The notes under the pieces: generated by a model | Seen by the model: the letters and a program-made list of their open reading frames with translations, nothing else | What the model was told of the DNA's origin: nothing | Database searches by the model: none | Made by a program: the position numbers and the translations under genes | In this document: positions 53,244 to 64,000 of the stretch, one piece after another | Layout: each line of letters starts with the position of its first letter | Position numbering within the stretch: the first letter of the stretch is position 1 | DNA from: the human T2T-CHM13v2.0 reference genome, Homo sapiens | Assembly: GCF_009914755.1 (NCBI RefSeq) | Contig: NC_060925.1 | Reading direction: 5' to 3' (one strand) | Length of the DNA: 64,000 nt

Positions 53244-56200
53244 TTTTGTGAGCAACAAGGCTGTTTATTTCACCTGGGTGCAAGCAGGCTAAGTCCAAAA
53301 AGACAGTCAGCAAGGGTGGTGGGATTATCATTAGTTCTTATTGGTTTGGGGATAGGCGGTGGAGTTAGGAGCAATGTTTTGCAGGCAGGGGGTGGATTTC
53401 ACAAAGTACATTCTCAAGGGTGAGGAGAATTACAAAGAACCTTCTTAAGGGTAGGGGAGATTACAAAGAATCTTCTTAAGGGTGGGGGAAATTACAAAGT
53501 ACATTGATCAGTTAGGGTGGGGCAGAAACAAATCACAATGATGGAATGTCATCAGTTAAGGCTGTTTTCACTTCTTTTGTGGATCTTCAGTTGCTTTAGG
53601 CCATCTGGATGTATACACGCAGGTCACAGGGGCTATAATGGCTTTGCTTGTGCTCAGAGGCCTGACATTCCTGTCTTCTTATATTAATAAGAAAAACAAA
53701 ACAAAATAGTGAAGTGTTGGAGTGGTGAAAAATTTTGGGGGTGGCATGGAGAGATAATAGGCGATGTTTCTCAGGGCTGCTTCAAGCAGGATTAGGGGCA
53801 ATGTGGGAACCTAGAGTGGGAGAGATTAAGCTGAAGGAAGATTTTCTGGTAAGGGGTGATATTGTGGAGTTGTTAGAAGGAGGATTTTTTGTATAGAATT
53901 ATTGGTAATGTCCTGGATGCGGTTTTGTATGAATTGAGAAACTAAATGAAAGACACAAGGTCTGAAGAAAAGAAGGAGAAAAATAGATATTGAATGACTA
54001 GAAATTGGGAGTGCCCAGGATGTCCAATTAGAGTGTCCAAGGGGATTCAATGTTACTGTTTTCTTGATTGGTGAGTTTTTTGGCTCTATCCTTGAGTTTT
54101 TTTATACCATGCCAGATTGATTTAGATAAAAACAACACTCTTCATTTAAAAATATACAGAGTCCCCCTTCCCCTTTTTTTTAGCAGTGAGTAAGTCAGGG
54201 CCTTGGTGATTTTGGAGGAAAGAGAAATGCAAAGCCAGCAATTGTTTGTTAAAGAAGGATTAGAAATGGCTAGGAGAGAGTGAGTTTGATAGTGTGGTGG
54301 AGATAGCTGGGGAGAGGTAGAGGGTGGCATAAGAATAGGAACCAGAATAAGAGTGAGTATAAAAGTAAAGAATAGGACTTCATCAGGGTGAAAGTATTGG
54401 AGTGTACTTTGTCAATGAAGATCTTCTATCCACTTAAACAGAGACTTAAGGGTGGCAGTTTGAGGTAAAACCAGGCACCACTGAATACCAAGAGCCTGAG
54501 AAACTGCTTGGGTGATTGGACTAGTAAAGGCCGGTCTGTTATCGGACTGTATAGAGGTGGGAAGGCCAAACCGAGGAATTATGTCTGACAGAAGGGAAGA
54601 AATGACCATGGTGGCCTCCTCAGACCCTGTGGGAAAGGCCTCTACCCATCCAGTGAAAGTGTCTACCCAGACCAAGACGCATTTTAGTTTCCTGACTCAA
54701 GGCGTATGAGTAAAGTCAATTTGCCAGTCCTGGTTGGGGGCAAATCCCTGAGATTGATGTGTAGGGAAAGGAGGGGGCCTGAACAATCCCTGAGGAGTAG
54801 TAGAATAGCAGATGGAACACTGAGAAGTGATTTCCTTAAGGATAGATTTCCATGGTGGAAAGGAAATGAGAAGTTCTAAGAGTCAGGCTAGTGGCTTGTA
54901 ACCTACATGGGAGAAGCTATGAAATGACGACAGAATAGAATGGGCCTGTGAGGCTGGAAGGAGATACTTTCCTTGGTCCAAGAACCATTTGCCTTGTGTG
55001 GGAAGAGATTGATAGGTGGAAGTTTCAGTGGGGGAGTAGGTGGGAGTGACCAGATAAGAAGGAGAAAAGCTGCTGTGAGGGATAGAAGTTGGAATGCTAG
55101 CTGCTTTTTTAGCTACCTTATCAGCATAAGCATTGCCCTGAATGATGGGATCTGATGCCTTTTGATGGTGCTTGCAGTGAATGACTCCAGCTTCCTTTGG
55201 AAGTAAAGTGGCCTTGAGAAGAGTTTTTATTAAAGAGGCGTTAATGATGGAGGACCCTTGCATAGTGAGGAAACCTCTTTCAGACCATATAACAGCATGG
55301 TGGTGCAGGATATGGAAGGCATATTCAGAGTCACTATAAATATTGACGCAAAATTCCTTTGCAAGAGTGAGGGCTCAAGTTAAGGCAATGAGTTCAGCTT
55401 GCTGAGAGGTAGTGGAGGGGTGCAGAGTGGTAGCCTCAATGATAGATGTGGAAGATACTCTAGCATAGCCTTCCTTTGCTGGTGAGTGGAGATTAGGCCT
55501 GGTGGAACTGCCATCAATAAACCAAGTGTGATCAGGGTGAGGAACACGAAAGAAGGAAATACGGGGAAATGGAGTGAATGTCAGGTGGATCAGAGAGATA
55601 CAGTCATGGGGGACAGTTGTGGTATCAGGAATAATGTGGGAGGCCAGACTGAAGTCCAGGCCAGGAACAATGGTAACTGTCGGGGACTCAACAAAGAGTG
55701 AGTACAGCTGAAGGGGCCAGGGAGCAGAAAGTATATGTGTCAGGTATGAGGAAGAAAATAGATTTTGGAAGTTATGAGAACTGTAGAGGGTGAGTTGAGC
55801 ATAGTTTGTGATTTTGAGGGTCTCTAAAAGTATTAGGGCACCAGCAGCTGCTGCATGGAGACATGATGGCCAGCCTAAAACAGTAAGGTCAGGTTGTTTG
55901 GACAAAAAGCCTACAGGGTGTGGTCCTGGCTCTTGTGTAAGAATTTTGACCGCACAGTCCTGTACTTTGGCTGTGTGTAACGAAAAGGGTTGGGATGAGT
56001 TAGAGAGAGCTAGTGTGGGGGCAGCTTCTAGGGCTGTTTTTAAGGAACGGAAAGGGAAGTGGCAAAAGGATTTAGGATCTATGGGGTCAGCTAGGTTTCC
56101 TTTTGTGAGTTTATATAATGGTTTAGTCAGGATGGTAAAACTAGGTATCCAAAGGTGGAAGTACCTAACCATGCCTAGGAAGGGAAGAAGTTGTTATTTT

Positions 56201-59095
56201 GTAGAAGGGGTTGGGGTTTGGGAGATTGGCTGGACATGATCAGCTGGGGGAGCACGTTGTTTTCATGAAGAATTATGCTGAGATAGGTAATGGATGAGGA
56301 AGAAATTTGGGCTTGACTGAAGTAATGGGGGCTGTCCATGAAGCCTTGTGGCAGTACAGCCCTGGTAAGTTGCTGAGGCTGATGGGTGTCAGGGTCAGTC
56401 CAAGTGAAAGTGAAGAGAGGCTGGAATGAAAGGTGCAAAGGAATAGTAAAGAAAGCATATTTGAGATCTAGAACAGAATAATGGGTTATGGAGGAGTTGT
56501 GGAGGGAGGCATTGAGGATAGGAGAGTATATGGTTTTGGCACCATGGAGTGGATAGGCAAGACAATTTGGTCGATAAGGCACAGATCCTGAACTAACCTG
56601 TAAGGCTTGTCTGGTTTTTGGACAGGTAAAATGAGGGAATTGTAAGGAGAGTTTATAGGCTTTAAAAGGCCATGCTGTAACAGGTGAGTGATAACAGGCT
56701 TTAATCCTTTAAGTGTGCTGTGGGATGGGATATTGGCATGATAAGGGTGATTATGTTTAATGGGATAGTAATGGGTGTGTGATCAGTTGCCAGTGAGGGA
56801 GTAGAGGTATCCCACACTTGTGGATTAAGGTGGGGAGATAACAAGGGAGGATGTGAAGGAGGTTTTGAACTGGGGAAAAGGGCAGCAATGAGGTGTGGCT
56901 GTAGCCTAGGAATAGTCAGGGAAGCAGACAATTTAGTTAAAATGTCTTGACCTAATAAGGGAGCTGGGCAGGTGGGGATAACTAAAAAGGAGTACATTAA
57001 AGAATATTGTCCAAGTTGGCACCAGAGTTGGGGAGTTTTAAGATGTTTAGAAGCCTGGCCATCAATACGCACAACAGTTATGGAGGCAAGGGAACAGGCC
57101 CTTGAAAAGAAGGTAGTGTGGAGTTGGTAGCCTCTGTATTGATTAAGAAGGGGACAGACTTACCCTCCACTGTAAGTTACCCAAAACTCGGCATCCGTGA
57201 CAGTTCAGGGGGCTTCTGAGGTGATTGGCAGTGTCAGTGTTCAGCCACTAAGCCAAGAAGACCTGGGAAGGAGACAGTCAGAGCCTTGGGCCAGTTGGAC
57301 AGTCCAATTTCCAGTGGGGTCCCGCACAGATGGGACACAGCTTAGGAGGAATCCCAGGCTGCAGGCATTCCTTGGCCCAGTGGCCAGACTTCCAGCACTT
57401 AAAGCAAGATCCTGGGGGAGGAAGTCCTGAAGGGATGCCTGGCTGCTGTGGCTTAGGCATTTTGAAGTTTTTGTGTGCTGGAGATATGGCTGGGGTTTCT
57501 CTCACAGCAGAGGCAAGTAATTGCAACTCTTCTCTATTATCATACACCTTGAAGGTGCAGTTAATTAAGTCCTGTTGTGGGGTTTGAGGGCCAGAATCTA
57601 ATTTTTGGAGCTTTTTCTAATGTCAGCAGCAGATTGGGTAATAAAATGCATAGAGAATAAGATAGCCTTCTGGCCCCTCTGGGTCTAGGGCAGTAAAGCG
57701 TCTAAGGGTTGTTGCCAAATGGGCCATGAACTGGGCTGAGTTTTTATATTTGATGTTAAAAACTGATTTGGGAGAGGTCGGATAAAGAAAAAAAGGAGCA
57801 TTAACCTTGACTATGCCTTTAGCTCCAGCCACCTCTTTAACAGGAAATTGTTGGGCAGGTGGGGGAGGGCTAGTTGCAGAACGAAACTGTAAGCCAGATT
57901 GGGTGTGAGGAGGGGAAGTGATAGAAAGATTATAGGGTGGGGGAGCAGAGGCTGAGGAAGAATTGGGTCCTAGCTTGGCCTGGCGAGGAGCAGCCTGGGG
58001 AGAAGGGGAGAGGTCAGATCAGTCTGTAGAAAAGAAGGATTCAAAGGACTCAGAGTTTGGGGTGGAGACTGAAGGAACAGACAGGAGCTAAAGAAGAAAG
58101 ATTTGGGATGAGTTGCATTGGGCACAGAGACTAGGGAGGGACCAATGTGTATTAGAAGGCCTGGATGTCAGGCACCTCAGACCATTTGCCCATTTTTCAA
58201 CAAAAATTATCTAGGTCTCGGAGGATGGAGAAATCAAAAGTGCCATTTTCTGGCCATTTAGAACCATTGTCGAGTTTGTATTGGGGCCAAGCAGTGTTGC
58301 AGAAGAAAATAAGACATTTAGATTTTAGTTCAGGTGATAGTTGAAGAAATTTTAAGTTCTTGAGAACACAGGCTAAGGGAGAAGAAGGAGGAATGGAGGG
58401 TGGAAGTTTGCCCATAGTGAAGGAGGCAAGTTTAAAGAGAAAGGTAGAGACATGGAGAAAGGGTTGGGGAGCAGCCCTGGGCTGCAATGTGGGTGAGCAG
58501 CCAAAGCAGGCATCCCCGCAATTGACTTGCCACCAAGGGAATGTGGTTGAATGACCAAGGCAGGCATCCCTGAAGATATCAGACGCCAATGGAATGTGGG
58601 TGAATAATCAGGCAGGCATCCCCGGAATGATTAAACACTAAGGGAAGGCTGCCTTCCTGAGTACATGACCAGCACCAGAGTTTTGGGTCCATGGATAAAA
58701 TGTGTCTCCTTTGTCTCTACTAGAAAATGAAAGGAATTGAAATTAAGAGAAGAGAGGGAGTGAAGGGTGGCACCAAGAATGAAAGGAGAAAGAGGTTGAG
58801 GGATAGTGAGAAAGGTTGGAGAAGAGAGTAAAAAGAGGCCACTTACCCGATTTAAAATTTGTGAGATGTTCCTTGGGCTGGTTGGTCTGAGGACCAAAGG
58901 TCGTAGGTGGATCTCTTCATGGAGTGAGGGTGAGGACAGGGGACAGTCTCCTGAAGGAGTCCTGCTGACCTGGGTCTTTGGCACCAAATGTGTCATGCAT
59001 CCATGTGAAGAGACCACCAAACAAGCTTTGTGTGAGCAACAAGGCTGTTTATTTCACCTGGGTGCAGACGAGTTGAGTCCAAAAAGAGAGTCAGC
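53244..59095 (-). mobile_element. HERV-H processed pseudogene (R-U5, PBS, gag-pro-pol, env stub, U3-R, poly(A))
   Basis: 5' LTR is R-U5 only (~58990-59095, starting gctgactctct); 3' LTR is U3-R only (53247-53667, ending gttgctcaca then AAA/(TA)n); gag [14 protein letters not shown]; pol ORF 55375-56172. Confidence 0.9.
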
Positions 59096-59361
59096 CCAGT
59101 CTATATCTTTTAAATGGGAAAATTCAATCTATTTACATGCAACGTTATTCTTGATAGGTGAGTACTTACATCTAGCATTCTATTATTTTCTGCTTGTTTT
59201 GTATATCCTTTGTTCCTTCCTCTCTTACTGTTTACTTTTGTGGTTGGGCAGTTTTCTGTAGGGATAAGATTTGAGTCTTATCTCTTTCTCCCTATGTGTT
59301 AGCTTTACCAGTGAGTTTTTATAGTTTCACATATTTTTATGATGCTGGTTATCATCTTCTC

Positions 59362-59868
59362 TGTGGGGAACAGGCCCCCCAAAACCTGGCCATAAACTGG
59401 CCCCAAAACTGGCCATAAACAAAATCTCTGCAGCACTGTGACATGTACATGATGGTCTTAACGCCCACGCTGGAAGGTTGTGGGTTTACCAGAATGAGGG
59501 CAAGGAACACCTGGCCCACCCAGGGTGGAAAACCGCTTAAAGGCATTCTTAAACCACAAACAATAGCATGAGTGATCTGTGCCTTAAGGCCATGCTCCTG
59601 CTGCAGATAGCTAGTCCAACCCATCCCTTTATTTCAGCCCATCTCTTCATTTCCCATAAGGAATAATTTTAGTTAATCTAATATCTATAGAAAGAATGCT
59701 AATGACTAGCTTGCTGTTAATAAATACATGGGTAAACCTCTGTTGGAGGCTCTCAGCTCTGAAGGCTGTGAGACCCTTGATTTCCTACTTCACTCCTCTA
59801 TATTTCTGTGTCTTTAATTCCTCTAGTGCCACTGGGTTAGAGTCTCCCCGACCAAGCTGGTCTCAGCA
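59362..59868 (+). mobile_element. MER9 LTR (5' LTR of HML-3)
   Basis: tgtggggaacaggccccccaaaa...ggccataaac repeats, ending gctggtctcagca. Confidence 0.9.
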
Positions 59869-62800
59869 AGTGGTCTCCATCATGGGGGCTCGAATCCAGG
59901 TTGAAGGGTCACCAGAGTGATGGTTGGAGAACATGGAACTAGCTGGAGGACACCTGAGTACTCTTAAAGCAAACCCCGTGGTGAGTAAGAAGGGGAGCTC
60001 AGAAGCATCAGGGTAACAATGGGACAAGTGTGGGGTCTGGTTCGTTCCATCTTGGAACTTTTTCACACTGATGATGAGGAAGAAGGAGAGTATAATGAAG
60101 TAACAGAAGAGGTTATAGAGCAGGTTTATTTGCCAGCTAAAGCTAAAGTGGCAAAGGAGGGAGAGGTTCATCCCTACCCTTCTGCACCCCCTCATTATTA
60201 TTTTGAAGAAAAAGAGTGGCCTGACCCTCCAGATCTTTCTTTTCCAGAGGACAGTGGGCAAAAATTAGTTGCCCCAGTGACTGTTCAAGCAGCACCTCGA
60301 GCGACTGCTCTTAGTTCTATTCAGTCAGGAATTCAGCAAGCTAGATGAGAAGGTGATTAAGAGGCTTGGCAGTTCCCTGTTAGACTACACTGCCCAGACC
60401 AACAGGGAAATATTGTAGCTACATTTGAGCCTTTTTGTTTTAAATTACTCAAAGAATTTAAACAAGCTATTAATCAGTATGGACCAGGTTCTCCTTTTGT
60501 AATGGGACTATTAAAGAACATTGCTGTTTCCAGTCAGATGATTCCTACTGACTGGGACGCTCTTACTCAAGCTTGTCTAACTCCTGCTTAGTTCTTACAA
60601 TTTAAAACTTGGTGGGCAGATGAAGCTTCCATTCAGGCTTCTCACAACACGCAGGACCAACCTCAAATTAATATAACTGCAGACCAACTTTTGGGGGTTG
60701 GCAGTTGGGCTGGTTTAGATGCACAAATGGTCATGCAGGATGATGCCATAGAACAGCTTAGAGGAGCGTGCATTAGAGCTTGGGGAAAAAAAATCACTTC
60801 AAGTGGAGAACAATACCCTTTCTTTAGTGCTATAAAACAGGGACCAGAAGAATCATATGTGGATTTTATAGCTCAGTTACAGGAGTCTCTTAAAAAGATG
60901 ACTGCAGATTTGGCTGCTCAGGATATAGTGTTGCAATTATTAGCTTTCAACAATGCTAATCCTGATTGCCAGGCTGCTCTGTGACCTATCAGAGGGAAAG
61001 CACATTTAGTTGATTATATCAAGGCCTGTGGTGGTATCAGAGGTAATCTGCATCAGGCCACCTGCTAGCACGGGCAATGGCAGGACTGAGAGTGGATACA
61101 GAAAGTACTCCATTTCCTGGAGCTTGTTTTAACTGTGGGAAGCATGGTCATACTGAAAAAAAAAAAAGTAGAAAAAAATCAGCAAGTCGGGCCACCAGAT
61201 AGGGGAAAAAAGAAAACTGCTGAGCCTGAAATATGTCCAAAATGTAAAAAAGGAAAACACTGGGCTAATCACTCTAAGTTTGATAAAGATGGGAACCTGA
61301 TTTCAGGAAAAGCCATGAGGGGCCCATCCTGGGCCCCATTCCAAACTGGGGCATTTCCAGCTCGGGTCATTCCCTCACCCCTGTACAATGCCTGTCCCCC
61401 ACCACAGCTGGTAGAGCCACACTAGATTTATGCTGCAGTAGATTTATGCTGAGTCTTCTGCCTGGGGAACCCCTGCAAAAGGTCCCAACAGGAGTCTGTG
61501 GTCCCTTGCCAGCAGGGACAATAGGATTAGTTCTAGGCAGTTCTAGTTTAAATTTAAAAGGGGTACAAATACATACAAGAGTCATTGATTCAGATTACAA
61601 TGGGGAAATTCAAATTGTTATATCTACTTCTGTTCCCTGGAAAGCAGAGCCAGGAGAGTGCATAGCACAGCTCCTGATTGTGTCATATGTGGGAATGGGA
61701 AAAAGTGAAATTAAATGAACAGGAGGATTTGGAAGCACAAATAAACAAGGCAAAGCAGCTTATTGGGTAAATCAAATTACTGATACACATCCTACCTGTG
61801 AAATAACTATTCAGGGAAATAAATTTAAAGGTTTGGTAGATACAGGAGTGGACATTTTCTCTACAGCACTGGCCGTCTGCATGGCCAATTCAACCCACTC
61901 AATTCAACTCCAATAGTTGGAGTTGGTAAAGTCCCTGAAGTATATCAAAGTAGCTATATTTTGCATTGTGAAGGGCCTGATGGACAACCTGGGACTATTC
62001 AACCAATTATAACTTCTGTACCCATAAATTTCTGAGGAAGGGATTTATTACAACAATGGGGAGTACAAGTTCTAATTCCAGAACAATTATATAGCCCTCA
62101 AAGTCAACATATGATGCATATAATGGGGTATGTTCCTGGTATTGGACTAGGAAAAAATTTGCGAGTTTTGAAAGAACCACTGCAAGTGGAAAGACAAAAT
62201 TCCTGCCAAGGCTTAGGATATCATTTTTGATGGCAGCCATTGTTAAGCCTCCAGAACCTATACCTTTAAAATGGTTAACAGATAAGCCAATTTGGATAGA
62301 ACAATGGCTGCTAAGTAAAGAGAAACTGGAGGCTTTAGAGAAATTAGTTCAATTAGAAAATGGGCACATAGCCCCAACATTTTCTGCTTGGGATTCTCCA
62401 GTTTTCATAATTAAGAAAAATTCAGGTAAATAGAAAATGTTAACTGACTTAAGAGCCATCAATTCAGTTATACAACCTATGGGAGCATTACAGCCAGGAT
62501 TGCCTTCTCCTGCTATAATTCCAAAAAATTGGCCTTTAATAGTCATAGATTTGAAAGACTGTTTCTTTACTATCCCTTTGGCTGAGCAAGACTGTGAATG
62601 GTTTGCATTTACAATTCTTGCAGTAAACAACCTGCAGCCTGCTAAGCATTTTCATTGTTTTACAGATGGGTCTAGTAATGGTAAAACTTCTTATTCTGGC
62701 TCAAAAAGTAAAGTTTTCCAGATGCCCTATACTTCAGCTCAAAAAGTGGAGCTTGTAGCTGTAATTGAGGTATTGACTGCTTTTGATATGCCTGTTAATG

Positions 62801-64000
62801 TGATTTCTGATTCTTCATATATGGTTCTTTCCACACAGTTAATTGAAAATGCTCAGTTACGATTTCATACAGATGAACAACTGAAGACAAAAACAACAAA
62901 GGGGGAGAAAGAGGGATTATGGGACAGCCCATATACAATTGAATCTAGCATTATTAACTTTAAATTTTTTGAGTCTGCCTAAAGGCCAGATGTTATCAGC
63001 AGCTGAACAGCATTTACAGAAACCGGCTGCAAAGACAGAAGCAGAACAACTGGTTTGGTGGAGAGATCCGATAACAAAAAGTTGGGAAATAGGTAAAATA
63101 ATAACTTGGGGTAGAGGTTATGTTTGTGTTTCTCCAGGCCAAAATCAATAACCAATTTGGATACCATCAAGACACCTGAAACCTTATCATGAGCCAGATG
63201 CTGAGGAAGAGATTCCAGGAGGATCCTGAGGACCCCCTGGTTGCAGCCACGTCGAGGCTGACACTGAGGAGGACCCCAACTGTCATGAGCAACACCCGTC
63301 GAACACAGCCATCCACCTGGGGACAAATCAAGAAGCTGTCACAGATGATGGAAGAAAACCTGAGGAAAGCGGGACAACCAATCACAATGAGTAATTTGGT
63401 GATCTATCACAGTGATGATCACCATTGCCATGAGTATTCCTTCAACAAGGGCTGACACAGAGAACAATTATACTTATTGGGCATATTTATCAATCTTGTC
63501 TGGCAATAATGCCTAGATGATTTCACTCTATGGCACAGTTACACATGCTTTCTGATCTCAGTATTTACCATAATAAATCTGCTCCTATAATTGAGGCATA
63601 CCACCCTCAAAAACCTATTTGTAAACAAAATAGAACCTGGCCAGAAATAATGAACAACTTGTTTAGTAAGATTGCATTGCAGAACAGGCAGAGATGCTAC
63701 GCAATGATTCCTATGGGATCATTGATTGGTCCCCTAAGGGGATGTTTAGCTTAAATTGCACCTCTCAGTCTGCATGCCATGGCCACACTAGTTCAGATGG
63801 TCTGAACAAAGTGGTCAGATGGCAGAAATGATAAGAAGTATGGCAAAAGTTCCTATTGTCTGGAACCATGGCAGTATAGTGTCACCTCAACCTCAAATGA
63901 TATGGCTCATTGTAGGAGCTAAACATAAGGATTTGTGGAAACTATTAATAGCTCTTAATAAGATCAAAATTTGGGAAAGAATAAAAAAAGCATCTAGAAA
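59869..64000 (+). mobile_element. HERV-K(HML-3)/HERVK9 internal region, defective, continues past the window
   Basis: Gag MGQVWGLVRSILELFHTDDEEEGEY, dUTPase, protease DTGVD, RT start fused to RNase H FTDGSS (deletion near 62655), integrase C-terminus WGRG, env start. Confidence 0.88.

Noticed and set aside
52918-53423. Tyr/Ile-rich ORFs on both strands
   Set aside because: Artifacts of the (TA)n-type microsatellite.
55375-56172. 265 aa ORF, the longest in the window, as a domesticated gene
   Set aside because: HERV-H pol fragment (RT connection to RNase H start) bounded by frameshifts and stops, in a copy lacking its U3 promoter.

Overview
Human (primate) genomic DNA matching the PM20D1 locus (peptidase M20 domain-containing 1, N-fatty-acyl amino acid synthase/hydrolase; chr1q32 from recall). 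Positions 1-18.7 kb hold coding exons 1-11 on the minus strand (1285 nt of CDS, frame continuous across all GT/AG junctions; the last exons lie left of the window), with a CpG-rich promoter at about 18.4-19.2 kb. Positions 24-64 kb are almost entirely nested retroelements: an L1 split by an env-bearing HML-1/HERV-K14-like provirus lacking its 3' LTR; nested L1MA elements containing a HERV-W processed pseudogene (itself interrupted by a young L1PA fragment and a HERV-H remnant); a HERV-H processed pseudogene; and an HML-3/HERV-K9 provirus running off the right end. The most striking structure is a set of three inverted duplications made mostly of unique sequence. A ~1.75 kb, ~98% identical pair brackets the promoter and exon 1 and carries a perfect second copy of exon 2, with microhomology junctions and signs of gene conversion; it is a candidate invertible promoter or dsRNA hairpin. 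Two smaller pairs bracket frame-preserving cassettes (exon 6; exons 8-9). Identities are manual estimates and repeat subfamily names come from recalled consensus sequences.
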